This document shows, in pieces, positions 38,150-47,215 of a DNA stretch of 64,000 bases. Position numbers and translations under genes: made by a program. Source of the DNA: an uncultured Aequorivita sp. (GTDB taxonomy: Bacteria; Bacteroidota; Bacteroidia; Flavobacteriales; Flavobacteriaceae); contig CAKZLK010000012.1 in the NCBI GenBank assembly GCA_937125455.1, positions 50,241-114,240 on the forward strand, given 5' to 3'. Positions within the stretch are counted from its first letter, which is position 1. Every line of letters begins with the position of its first letter. The notes under the pieces are model-generated. The model searched no databases. It was not told the DNA's origin and saw nothing but the letters and a program-made list of their open reading frames with translations.

Positions 38150-38590
38150 GACAAAAAGATAAAAGAATTAAGAGACAGTTTTTAGTTCAATGTATTTTTA
38201 AAATTTGATATCATTGCCTGTAATTTTTGTATAGTTTGTAAATCAAACGCACAAATCAATTGTGTCTCCCATTCAAATGAAGAACCCAAAGCAGTTTCTA
38301 AATACTGAATAAAATGCTTATCTGAATTTCTGGCCGAACCCTCTGCAATATTTGATGCAATAGAAATAGAACAACGTTGCAACTGATTTGAAAGACCATA
38401 AATTTCAGATTTAGGGAATTTGCAAGTAATAGTATAGGTTTCCTTCACAAGCTTTCTTGCTTCCTGCCAAATTGCCAATTTTCTAAAATTATGCATTAAT
38501 GCCATTTTAAACTACATTATCTTTTCATCCTTTTCATCCTTTTCATCCTTTTCGTCCTTTTCGTCTTTTTACCCTTTGGTCTTTTTACTA
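38150..38590 (-). repeat. IVS-like cassette A: repeat arms bracketing a four-helix-bundle ORF
   Basis: The right arm at 38521-38565 is five tandem 9-mers (CTTTTCATC x3, CTTTTCGTC x2) with degenerate copies to 38590. The left arm at 38150-38178 (GACAAAAAGATAAAAGAATTAAGAGACAG) is a degenerate complement. Confidence 0.6.
38182..38505 (-). CDS. four-helix-bundle protein (23S rRNA intervening-sequence protein family)
   Basis: 107 aa: FRKLAIWQEARKLVKETY...PKSEIYGLSNQLQRCSISIASNIAEGSAR is the characteristic pattern of this family. Confidence 0.85.
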   Translation of the reverse strand: MALMHNFRKLAIWQEARKLVKETYTITCKFPKSEIYGLSNQLQRCSISIASNIAEGSARNSDKHFIQYLETALGSSFEWETQLICAFDLQTIQKLQAMISNFKNTLN

Positions 38591-38612
38591 TTTGATCCGT
38601 TCGTGTCTACAA

Positions 38613-39371
38613 TTAACTTTCGCCAAACTTTTTCAATGTTTCTTTTGTGAATTCTGAAAGCACCAATCTGCCAGAAATAACAGCTCTTTCCGACAATAAT
38701 TCATCCCAATCTTCGGTGCCGCGCCAGAAAACTTTTTTCATTTCTTTCATGGCTTCGGGATTGTAAGTGCACAGATTTTCTGCACATTTTTGAACGGCTT
38801 CATCTAATTCTTCCAAAGAATCAAACACTTGATTGTACAAACCTTTTTGGCGTGCCCATTCGGCTTCGTAAAAGGAATTTGCGTCAATAGCGATTTGACT
38901 CATTCCGCTCAAGCCAAGTTTGCGCTCAACGGCTGGGCCAACCACAAACGGACCAATTCCAACATTTAATTCACTTAATTTTATCGCAGCAAATTTTGTC
39001 GCCATACAGTAATCGGTTGCAGAAGCAACCCCTACACCACCACCAACGGTTTTTCCCTGAATTCTTCCGATGATAAATTTTGGACATTTGCGCATGGCGT
39101 TTATTACATTGGCAAATCCGCTAAAGAATACTTTCCCCGTTTCGGCATCGTTGATGTTTATCAATTCGTTGAAACTGGCTCCAGCACAGAATGTTCTATC
39201 GCCACCGCTTTTAAGAATAATAACTTTTACGTCGTCATTATTTCCAGCATCGGTGATTGTATTTGCCAGTTTTGCCAACAAATCTCCCGGAAGGCTGTTA
39301 TGTGCCGGATGGAAGAATTCAATGGTTGCAATTGCATTTTCGGTTTTTAGGTTTACGTACGGTTTATCCAT
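38613..39371 (-). CDS. enoyl-CoA hydratase/isomerase family protein
   Basis: 252 aa with a crotonase fold (VIILKSGGDRTFCAGASFNEL, GKTVGGGVGVASATDY). Confidence 0.85.
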   Translation of the reverse strand: MDKPYVNLKTENAIATIEFFHPAHNSLPGDLLAKLANTITDAGNNDDVKVIILKSGGDRTFCAGASFNELININDAETGKVFFSGFANVINAMRKCPKFIIGRIQGKTVGGGVGVASATDYCMATKFAAIKLSELNVGIGPFVVGPAVERKLGLSGMSQIAIDANSFYEAEWARQKGLYNQVFDSLEELDEAVQKCAENLCTYNPEAMKEMKKVFWRGTEDWDELLSERAVISGRLVLSEFTKETLKKFGES

Positions 39372-39459
39372 TCTTAAATAATAAATTTTAAATGCAAAAT
39401 GTAAAAGTATGTTTCAAACCATCTTTTACATTTTTAATTTTATATTTTTCGGTTTTAAA

Positions 39460-41955
39460 TTACAGTAATCCAAATTGTTCAAAATGGTGGTTCAAATGCT
39501 TCCGCTCCAACAAATACCATTCGTAACGATTCATTTCGCCAAAAACCAAATTGTTTAATTTAGCTTCTGGGTTTTCTTTGAAATAGGTTTTATAAGCTTC
39601 CCTTTCTTCAAGAAATTTCTCCTTCGCCGTTGCTAAATCGGGATAGTTCAATTTATCCAATGTGTCTTTTTCGAGCATTGGAAAATTTGTATTACGCGGA
39701 AATTTGTCATAATTATATAGGCTTGCATGCACTTTTTCCAAAATTTTTTCTGGCGTTGTAGTTTCAAAATCCTGAATTTTTCCTGAAGCAATTTTATAAG
39801 TGTATTCCAGATGCTCCAGCATATGCTGTGGCGTCATAATACCCCATTTTGGCTTGGTATCTACCGTTAATTTGTTCAATAATTCCTGAATTTTTTCATC
39901 AGTCATTTCAACAAAAGTTTCTTGCTTCTTTTGAACCATTGTGAGAATTGTAGCCAAGGCAACTAGTTCATCATCGTTATCAAAAACCTCAACAAACCAC
40001 TTTACGATTCCACTAGGATGTTCAGCAGAAGCGACGTCTCTATCAACTTTTTGTTTGCAAGTCAACCGAACATAAACGGTATCATTATGATACAACGGCC
40101 GCAGGAATCGGCAGTCCTCCAAACCGTAGTTTGCAGCAACAGGACCTTTGTTTGGATACACAAACAACCCCGCCGCAGCGGAAATAATGAAATAACCGTG
40201 AGCAGTTCGCTTTTCGAAAATGCTCCCGTCAAGTGAAGTTATATCAGTGTGGGCATAAAAATGATCCCACGTAAGATTGGCGAAATTGATAATATCTGTA
40301 TCCGTAAATGTGCGCTTATGTGTTTTAAGCGACATACCCGGCTCGATGTCTTCCCAATGATATTTGAATGGATGTTGTTCGGTTTCTTTGTATTTAGAAT
40401 TTGGTTGGTAAATACCTGTTACTTCGGTTAAGGTTGTTGGCGAACCTTGAATGGCACAACGCTGTAAATAATGTTTTACACCGCGAATACCACCCATCTC
40501 CTCACCGCCGCCGGCACGTCCCGGACCGCCGTGGATAAGGTTTGGTAACGGCGAACCGTGACCTGTACTTTCCTTCGCGCTTTCCCTATTCAGAATTAAA
40601 ATCCTTCCATGATGCGTTGCTGCAGAAACAGTGTATTCTTTTGCAATTTTATTATCATTGGTTATAATGGAACTCACCAAAGAACCTTTTCCCATTTTGG
40701 AAAGCTTTATTGCTTCTTCCAAATTTTTATAAGGCATTAATGTACTCACGGGTCCGAAAGCTTCGGTTATGTGTGCAGCCTCGTTTTGCAAAGGATTGTC
40801 TTCGCGAAGCAAAATAGGTTTCATAAAAGATCCTTTTTTTGAATCGGCGCCTGTGACTTTAAAATCATCAAAATCGCCGTAAACTATTTGTGCGGTTTTT
40901 GTGATTTTTGAAATCTGTTCTTTCACTGAATTGCGTTGTGCATCGCTAACCAATGAACCCATTCGAACCTCTTTTAATCTTGGATCTCCAATGGTAACTT
41001 TGTCGAGTTGTTTTCCGAGGGCGATTTGAACATCTTCAATCAATTTTTCGGGAACGATAATTCGTCGAATTGCAGTACATTTCTGTCCGCATTTCACGGT
41101 CATTTCATTTCGAACTTCTTTTATGAAAAGATCAAATTCCGGTGTTCCCGGAACTGCATCTTCCCCTAAAATAGAAGCATTCAAACTATCGGCTTCCATA
41201 GTGAAAGGAACCGATTCCTCAATCAATCGCGGATGTTGTTTTAGTATTTTTCCAGTACTTGCCGAACCTGTAAACGTAATGACATCCTGTGATTCTACAG
41301 TATCTAAAATGTTTTTAGCGGTTCCGCTTATTAGTTGCAACGAACCCTCTGGAAGAATTTTTGAAGCGATGATTTCCTTAACCACTGCTTCCGTTAAATA
41401 AGCAGTTTGCGGAGCTGGCAAAACGACGGCTGGCATTCCAGCCATCCAGTTTACGGCACATTTCTCCAACATTCCCCAAATAGGGAAGTTGAAAGCATTT
41501 ATATGCACAGCAACACCCTCGCGAGGCACCATAATGTGGTGCGCCATAAAACGTCCACCGCGTGAAAGATCAATCGGGTCGCCTTCCACATCAAAAGGTT
41601 GGTTTGGAAATAATTTCCGAAGGGATGCATTGGCAAAAAGATTACCAAAACCGCCTTCAATATCAATCCAACTGTCAATTTTTGTAGCTCCAGTTCTATA
41701 ACTTATTTCGTAAAATTGGTCCTTCCTTTTGGTCAGGTACATTGCCAATTTTTTCAGCATCAGTCCACGTTCCTGAAAAGTCATTTTCCGAAGCACATTG
41801 CCTTTTTCCCTTCCGTATTGTAAGATTGAAGGAATATCGAGCCCTTCCGTAGTTACACTTGTAAACTGTTCTCCGGTTATAGAATCGAGAATTGGGCTTC
41901 CTTCTCCTTTTCCATCCGTCCAATTTCCTAATATATAATGTTGTGTTTTTGTCAT
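39460..41955 (-). CDS. paaZ: PaaZ-type bifunctional aldehyde dehydrogenase / MaoC hotdog hydrolase with extra C-terminal domain
   Basis: 831 aa. Comprises an ALDH domain (EADSLNA, GQKCTAIRR), a MaoC-like hotdog domain (TDTDIINFANLTWDHFYAHTD) and an additional ~150 aa tail. Confidence 0.85.
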   Translation of the reverse strand: MTKTQHYILGNWTDGKGEGSPILDSITGEQFTSVTTEGLDIPSILQYGREKGNVLRKMTFQERGLMLKKLAMYLTKRKDQFYEISYRTGATKIDSWIDIEGGFGNLFANASLRKLFPNQPFDVEGDPIDLSRGGRFMAHHIMVPREGVAVHINAFNFPIWGMLEKCAVNWMAGMPAVVLPAPQTAYLTEAVVKEIIASKILPEGSLQLISGTAKNILDTVESQDVITFTGSASTGKILKQHPRLIEESVPFTMEADSLNASILGEDAVPGTPEFDLFIKEVRNEMTVKCGQKCTAIRRIIVPEKLIEDVQIALGKQLDKVTIGDPRLKEVRMGSLVSDAQRNSVKEQISKITKTAQIVYGDFDDFKVTGADSKKGSFMKPILLREDNPLQNEAAHITEAFGPVSTLMPYKNLEEAIKLSKMGKGSLVSSIITNDNKIAKEYTVSAATHHGRILILNRESAKESTGHGSPLPNLIHGGPGRAGGGEEMGGIRGVKHYLQRCAIQGSPTTLTEVTGIYQPNSKYKETEQHPFKYHWEDIEPGMSLKTHKRTFTDTDIINFANLTWDHFYAHTDITSLDGSIFEKRTAHGYFIISAAAGLFVYPNKGPVAANYGLEDCRFLRPLYHNDTVYVRLTCKQKVDRDVASAEHPSGIVKWFVEVFDNDDELVALATILTMVQKKQETFVEMTDEKIQELLNKLTVDTKPKWGIMTPQHMLEHLEYTYKIASGKIQDFETTTPEKILEKVHASLYNYDKFPRNTNFPMLEKDTLDKLNYPDLATAKEKFLEEREAYKTYFKENPEAKLNNLVFGEMNRYEWYLLERKHLNHHFEQFGLL

Positions 41956-41957
41956 AA

Positions 41958-43169
41958 CTAATAATTCACATTTTCAATAATCGCTGCATAACCTTGTCCC
42001 ACGCCTACACACATTGTGATCAAGGCATATCTTTTGTTTTGCTCTTGAAGTTCTAAAGCTGCTGAATAAGCAAGCCGAGCTCCAGTAACACCAAGCGGAT
42101 GGCCGATAGCGATTGAACCGCCGTTAGGATTTATTCGAGGATCATCATCTTTTAATCCCCATTCGCGGATGCACGCCAAAGCTTGTGATGCAAAGGCTTC
42201 ATTCAACTCAATTATATCCATATCTTCCATTTTCAAACCTGCTTTCTTTAAAGCTTTTTTTGAAGCTTCCACTGGGCCGATACCCATAATTCGTGGTTCT
42301 ACGCCAATTACTGCGGAACTAACAATTCGCGCAATAGGTTTTAAATTATATTTTTTAACGGCATCTTCAGAAGCAATTATTGTTGCAGCGGCACCGTCAT
42401 TTAATCCTGAAGAATTTCCTGCAGTTACACTTCCATCTTTTTTGAAGGCTGGACGCAATTTCGCCAAAACTTCTTTAGTTGTTTCCGGACGAATGAATTC
42501 ATCATCTTTAAAAATAATTGGGTCTTTTTTTCGCTGTGGAATTTCCACAGAAACTATTTCTTTAGCCAACCTTCCATTTTCCTGAGCTTTTGTAGCTTTC
42601 ATTTGTGAATGATATGCAAATGCATCTTGGTCTTCACGTGAAATATTGTGTTTTTCAACCAAATTTTCAGCTGTGTTTCCCATTCCGTCAGTGCCATACA
42701 TTTCGGCCATTTTTGGGTTTACGAATCGCCATCCAAAACTTGAATCGTACATTTTAGAATCTGTTCCGAAAGCTTTTGAAGGTTTTGCAATTACATAAGG
42801 CCCGCGTGTCATATTTTCAACGCCCCCAGAAATAAACAGATCGCCATCGCCAGCTTTTATAGCCCTATTGGCGTGAATGATTGCGGAAAGTCCACTGCTA
42901 CAAAGCCTGTTTACTGTTTCACCAGGAACTGTAACAGGTAATCCCGCTAAAAGTGAAGCCATTCGAGCAACATTTCTATTGTCTTCCCCCGCTTGATTGG
43001 CACAGCCGAGGATTACATCATCGTAAGCTTCTTTGGGGATGTTTGGGTTTCTTTTTACTAATTCAGCGATTACCAATGCTGCCAAATCATCTGTTCGCAC
43101 AGTGCTTAGCGTTCCTTGATAACTTCCTATTGGGGTTCGTATTCCGTCTATTATATATGCGTTTTTCAT
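41958..43169 (-). CDS. paaJ: 3-oxoadipyl-CoA / acetyl-CoA C-acyltransferase (thiolase)
   Basis: 403 aa with the active-site Cys context VNRLCSSGL and the C-terminal motifs NPNGGSIAIGHPLG and CVGVGQG. Confidence 0.9.
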   Translation of the reverse strand: MKNAYIIDGIRTPIGSYQGTLSTVRTDDLAALVIAELVKRNPNIPKEAYDDVILGCANQAGEDNRNVARMASLLAGLPVTVPGETVNRLCSSGLSAIIHANRAIKAGDGDLFISGGVENMTRGPYVIAKPSKAFGTDSKMYDSSFGWRFVNPKMAEMYGTDGMGNTAENLVEKHNISREDQDAFAYHSQMKATKAQENGRLAKEIVSVEIPQRKKDPIIFKDDEFIRPETTKEVLAKLRPAFKKDGSVTAGNSSGLNDGAAATIIASEDAVKKYNLKPIARIVSSAVIGVEPRIMGIGPVEASKKALKKAGLKMEDMDIIELNEAFASQALACIREWGLKDDDPRINPNGGSIAIGHPLGVTGARLAYSAALELQEQNKRYALITMCVGVGQGYAAIIENVNY

Positions 43170-43197
43170 TTCTTATAATATAATTAATCCGGAGGAA

Positions 43198-43229
43198 AAC
43201 ATCCCCCTGTCCCCCTTCAAAGGGGGAAT
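43198..43229. repeat. 32-nt element AACATCCCCCTNNCCCCCTTCAAAGGGGGAAT, copy 2
   Basis: AACATCCCCCTGTCCCCCTTCAAAGGGGGAAT lies between the metallopeptidase stop and the thiolase start. Confidence 0.85.
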
Positions 43230-43239
43230 AAACTCGTTA

Positions 43240-44097
43240 TTAATTTAAAATTTCTGAAAAGGTATCACCCTGTTTTATATCGCCAGTTTTATAGCCTTTC
43301 AGAAACCATTTTTTGCGTTGTTCTGAGCTCCCGTGCGTAAAACTATCGGGGACAACATTCCCCTGCATTCTTTTTTGGATGGCATCATCGCCCACTGCAT
43401 TGGCCGCACTCAGTGCCTCATCAATATCGCCTTCCTCAAGATATTCTTGATTGTAATGCGCCCAAAGTCCCGCATAAAAATCTGCTTGAAGTTCAAGCGC
43501 CACAGATAATTTGTTGGCTTCATTTCTATTTTGGCGTTGCAGTTGTGTTACTTTTTGCGAAGTTCCGAGTAATGTCTGTACGTGATGACCTATTTCGTGA
43601 GCTGTTACATAGGCAATGGCAAAATCGCCACCCTGTGCACCAAAACGGGTTTTTAATTCATCAAAAAATGCCAAATCCATATACAATTTTTGATCCGCAG
43701 GACAGTAAAATGGTCCCGAAGCTGAGCTTGCATTTCCACAACCAGTGCTTACTGCATCAGTAAAAAGAACCATCGTGGGGTCCTTATATTGTCCAAGATT
43801 ATTATCACTGAAAACTTTTCCCCAAACATCTTCCGTATCGGCTAAAACAGTCGCCATAAAATTTCCCATTTCCTTTTCCTGGGCAGTAAGTTCTCTTTGC
43901 TCAGTTTGCTGAATGGTCTGGCTGTTTCCTATTTGCTCCACGATAGGTGCAAGTTGTTGCCCAGTTTCACCACCAAAAAATTGTAAAGCAAGAACAATTA
44001 GTGTTACCGCTATTCCGCCACCAGCGGCCAATTTACCTTTGCTCATACCGCGACGATCGTCTAAGTTACCGCTTTGTCTTCTGCCTTGCCATTTCAT
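43240..44097 (-). CDS. neutral zinc metallopeptidase (YpfJ-like)
   Basis: 285 aa with an N-terminal TM segment and the HEIGHH zinc motif (AYVTAHEIGHHVQ). Confidence 0.8.
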   Translation of the reverse strand: MKWQGRRQSGNLDDRRGMSKGKLAAGGGIAVTLIVLALQFFGGETGQQLAPIVEQIGNSQTIQQTEQRELTAQEKEMGNFMATVLADTEDVWGKVFSDNNLGQYKDPTMVLFTDAVSTGCGNASSASGPFYCPADQKLYMDLAFFDELKTRFGAQGGDFAIAYVTAHEIGHHVQTLLGTSQKVTQLQRQNRNEANKLSVALELQADFYAGLWAHYNQEYLEEGDIDEALSAANAVGDDAIQKRMQGNVVPDSFTHGSSEQRKKWFLKGYKTGDIKQGDTFSEILN

Positions 44098-44203
44098 AAT
44101 TTGAACATTTATATTTGTTAAGGGTTCATTTAATATTGTTGACTTAAAATTAAGCTTTCAATTTGAATATTATCACTTCAAAAATCAGATATCATTAATT
44201 TTA

Positions 44204-44608
44204 CTACTCCCAATCCTTGCTAGTTCTATAAACTACACCTTTAAAGAGTGCAACCAATTCATCCCCGCGCTTTACTTCAACGATATTGAAACCTAGTTTA
44301 TTCCCCACTTTTTCGATTACAGATTCTGCAGTTAAATAATCTCCTTCATTCAAGGCTTCAATATGATTTATTGAAGTTTCTATGGAAACTGCATACTTTC
44401 CGTGGGTGTTTGCCGCGAAACCGAAAGCCGTGTCGGCAAGACTATAACTTATGCCTCCGTGGGCTTTGTTCATACTATTCAGCATTTCTTTGCGAACCGT
44501 CATTGCAACTTTGCATCTGCCCTTTTCAACTTCCAATATTTCAATACCAAGCCAGGAGCTGAAAGCATCTTGACTGAGCATTTTATGTGGTATTTTCTTT
44601 CCTTCCAT
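44204..44608 (-). CDS. paaI: hotdog-fold acyl-CoA thioesterase, PaaI family
   Basis: 134 aa with the PaaI-like core NSMNKAHGGISYSLADTAFGFA. Confidence 0.8.
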   Translation of the reverse strand: MEGKKIPHKMLSQDAFSSWLGIEILEVEKGRCKVAMTVRKEMLNSMNKAHGGISYSLADTAFGFAANTHGKYAVSIETSINHIEALNEGDYLTAESVIEKVGNKLGFNIVEVKRGDELVALFKGVVYRTSKDWE

Positions 44609-44698
44609 TCAAATTTAAAAATAATAAATGTAAAATTTAAAAGGCCAAAGTCAGACGATCACTTTTACATTTTTAATTTTTCGGCTTTACATTTTACA

Positions 44699-45904
44699 TT
44701 AATAAAACGTTCTTTTTTCTTTTTTCATTCTTCTTAAAATAGGCGAACAACGGTATCTGTCTTCATGATATTCATCGTAAAGTTGATCCATTTTTTCAAC
44801 GCACCAATCAATTCCTTTTTCATCTGCCCAAGCCAGTAAGCCTTTCGGATAGTTTACGCCTTTGGTCATTGCGTTGTCTATATCTTCTGCGGAAGCGATA
44901 TTCCAAAAAAGTGCGTCGGCTGCTTCGTTTATGAGCATTACCAAAATTCTTTCAAAAATATTTTTAGCTTTTTCAGAAGACAAAGACCCCTCGACTGCGC
45001 TCGGGGTGACGTTCTTTGAATAATCGTAATATCCTTTTCCACTTTTTCTACCCAAATAGCCAGCTTCCGCAAAACGTTTTTGAGTGAAAGCGGGTTTGTA
45101 CCTTGGGTCGAAATAAAATGCTTCAAAAACGGTTTCTGTTACGGTGTAATTTACATCGTTACCAATAAAATCCATCAATTCGAAAGGTCCCATCCTGAAA
45201 CCTCCAATTTCTTTCATTGCGGAATCTATTTCAGAAAAAGTTGCAATTCCTTCTTCATAAATCCGGAGTGCCTCACCGTAAAAGGGACGTGCAACGCGGT
45301 TTACAATAAATCCGGGAGTATCTTTTGCAACCGCAACCGTTTTTCCCCAATCCTTAATTGTTTTTACAGAAATATTTAAAGTTTCCTCGGAGGTTTGGAT
45401 TGCGGGAATTACCTCAACCAATTTCATCAATGGCGCTGGATTGAAAAAGTGAATCCCAACGCAGCGTTCTGGTTTTTGCAACGAAGAAGCTATTGAAGCA
45501 ATGGAAAGAGAAGATGTATTAGAAGCAATAATACAATCTTCACTCACAAACTTTTCGAGTGTTGAGAACACATTTTTCTTTATCTCCAAATTTTCGACAA
45601 TGGCTTCAATTGTCAAATCGGATTTTTTCAATTCTTTTAAGGAATTGACATATTTTATGTTGTTTTGGATGCGTTCTTTTTCTGCGGAATCAATTTTTCC
45701 TTTCTCGACCAAACGATCCATTATTTTCTCTAAATCAGCTTTGGCTTTATCCAAGGCTTCCGTTTTTGTATCGTATAATTTTACTGAGCAACCAGCTGTG
45801 GCAGCTACTTGTGCAATGCCCGCTCCCATTGTTCCGCTTCCTATAATTCCAACAAATTTGATTAACGATTGCTGATTTTTGATTTTTGATTTTTGATTTT
45901 CCAA
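44699..45904 (-). CDS. paaH: 3-hydroxyacyl-CoA dehydrogenase
   Basis: 401 aa with a Rossmann motif (VGIIGSGTMGAGIA) and 3HCDH N- and C-terminal domains. The only canonical start upstream of the GxGxxG is the TTG at 45904, inside a repeat arm, so the start is uncertain. Confidence 0.85.
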   Translation of the reverse strand: MENQKSKIKNQQSLIKFVGIIGSGTMGAGIAQVAATAGCSVKLYDTKTEALDKAKADLEKIMDRLVEKGKIDSAEKERIQNNIKYVNSLKELKKSDLTIEAIVENLEIKKNVFSTLEKFVSEDCIIASNTSSLSIASIASSLQKPERCVGIHFFNPAPLMKLVEVIPAIQTSEETLNISVKTIKDWGKTVAVAKDTPGFIVNRVARPFYGEALRIYEEGIATFSEIDSAMKEIGGFRMGPFELMDFIGNDVNYTVTETVFEAFYFDPRYKPAFTQKRFAEAGYLGRKSGKGYYDYSKNVTPSAVEGSLSSEKAKNIFERILVMLINEAADALFWNIASAEDIDNAMTKGVNYPKGLLAWADEKGIDWCVEKMDQLYDEYHEDRYRCSPILRRMKKEKRTFY

Positions 45905-46323
45905 ATTATTAAATTTTATTTTTTTGTGAAGCTGTTTTAATACTAGCTACAAAAATTGAAATTAACTCATTGTTCTCTAAAAGTAATAAGTCAATCATTT
46001 GAACATTGGTTATTAAATTAGCTCCTTTTTGAATTTTCATATTAACGAAAGACTCTCTTAATTCCTTCAGTGAAAGTTTCATTTTATGAAGAAAATCTCT
46101 CGATGATTCAGCACTTCTCGCTTCCCCATAATTTAAAGCTACAGACGTAGTTGATCGTATTAGCTGTTTTGTCAAATGCTCTGAGGCAAATGAACCATCA
46201 AAGTGCTTGCACATTAAAATCACATCCACCGCAAACTTTATCAGTCTATCTTCAAGCTGGTTGGGTATCATTTCGTCATTTTTTACTTCTGAAATCAGCA
46301 ATCAAAAATCGTTAATCGTTAAT
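45861..46323 (-). repeat. IVS-like cassette B: inverted heptamer-repeat arms bracketing a four-helix-bundle ORF
   Basis: The left arm (45861-45900) is ATTAACGATTGCTGATTTTTGATTTTTGATTTTTGATTTT. The right arm (46291-46323) is GAAATCAGCAATCAAAAATCGTTAATCGTTAAT, whose reverse complement is ATTAACGATTAACGATTTTTGATTGCTGATTTC. Confidence 0.8.
45909..46271 (-). CDS. four-helix-bundle protein (23S rRNA intervening-sequence protein family)
   Basis: ATG at 46269-46271 (MIPNQLEDRLIKFAVDV...). Family pattern EHLTKQLIRSTTSVALNYGEARSAES..DFLHKMKLSLKELRES. Confidence 0.8.
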   Translation of the reverse strand: MIPNQLEDRLIKFAVDVILMCKHFDGSFASEHLTKQLIRSTTSVALNYGEARSAESSRDFLHKMKLSLKELRESFVNMKIQKGANLITNVQMIDLLLLENNELISIFVASIKTASQKNKI

Positions 46324-47102
46324 TACCTTCCTTTAAACTCAGGTTTTCTTTTATTTACAAACGCATCAACACCTTCCGCATAATCTTCACTTTGAGCGGC
46401 TTCTATTTGAAGTTTGCTTTCCAAATTTAATTGATCTTCCAAAGAATTTTGCATTGAATGATTTAACAAACGCTTCGTCAATCCCAATGCTTTTGTAGGC
46501 ATATTCGCCATTGTGTTTGCAATATTATTTACTTCTTCCATAAAGTTTTCTGAAGCAACCACTTTATAAACCATTCCCAGTTTTTCGGCTTCTTCTGCGG
46601 AAACTTTATCGCCCAACATCATTAAAGCAGAAGCTTTTTGAAAACCGATCAATCGTGGCAAAAAGAAGGTTCCTGCACTATCGGGCACCAATCCTATTTT
46701 ACTAAACGCTTGAATAAAACTAGCGTTTTCTGAAGCAATAACCACATCGCAGGCTAAAGCTATATTGGCTCCCGCCCCAGCGGCTACACCATTAATGGCT
46801 CCAATTACAGGTTTTTCAATATTTCGAATTCGGGAAATAATTGGGTTATAATGTTCTTCAAGAATTTTTTTGAAACCTGGATTCAATTCAGGCGAAGTAA
46901 CTTCCTTTAAATCTTGTCCGGCACAAAAAGCCTTTCCACTTCCAGTGATTACAATTGCACGGACTTCTGGATTCTTTTCGCAGGCATCCAATTCGTTTTG
47001 AAGCAACAACGCCATTTCACGGTTGAAGCTATTGAAAACCTCTGGACGGTTTAGTGTTAAGGTTGCAATATTATTATTAACTGTTTTTAAAATTGAGCTC
47101 AT
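46323..47102 (-). CDS. paaG: 2-(1,2-epoxy-1,2-dihydrophenyl)acetyl-CoA isomerase (crotonase family)
   Basis: 259 aa. LTLNRPEVFNSFN...ITGSGKAFCAGQDL closely follows the PaaG pattern. Confidence 0.8.
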   Translation of the reverse strand: MSSILKTVNNNIATLTLNRPEVFNSFNREMALLLQNELDACEKNPEVRAIVITGSGKAFCAGQDLKEVTSPELNPGFKKILEEHYNPIISRIRNIEKPVIGAINGVAAGAGANIALACDVVIASENASFIQAFSKIGLVPDSAGTFFLPRLIGFQKASALMMLGDKVSAEEAEKLGMVYKVVASENFMEEVNNIANTMANMPTKALGLTKRLLNHSMQNSLEDQLNLESKLQIEAAQSEDYAEGVDAFVNKRKPEFKGR

Positions 47103-47117
47103 TCATTTTTTATTGAA

Positions 47118-47215
47118 GATTGCAGATTAACGATTGTAGATTTTTGAAGTTTTGTTATTGTATTTTTCTAATTCAAAAATCTGTAATCATCAATCGTTAA
47201 TCGTTAATCGTTAAT
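47118..47215. repeat. ORF-less long hairpin built from heptamer-repeat arms (paaD-paaG gap)
   Basis: The left arm (47118-47148) is GATTGCAGATTAACGATTGTAGATTTTTGAA. The right arm (47172-47215) is TTCAAAAATCTGTAATCATCAATCGTTAATCGTTAATCGTTAATC. The loop is 23 nt. Confidence 0.75.

Noticed and set aside
38521-38590. Tandem short repeats here and at 45861-45900, 47195-47215 and 48616-48650, considered as CRISPR or minisatellite arrays
   Set aside because: The units are 7-9 nt with no spacers and no cas genes are present. They are better explained as arms of inverted-repeat stems.
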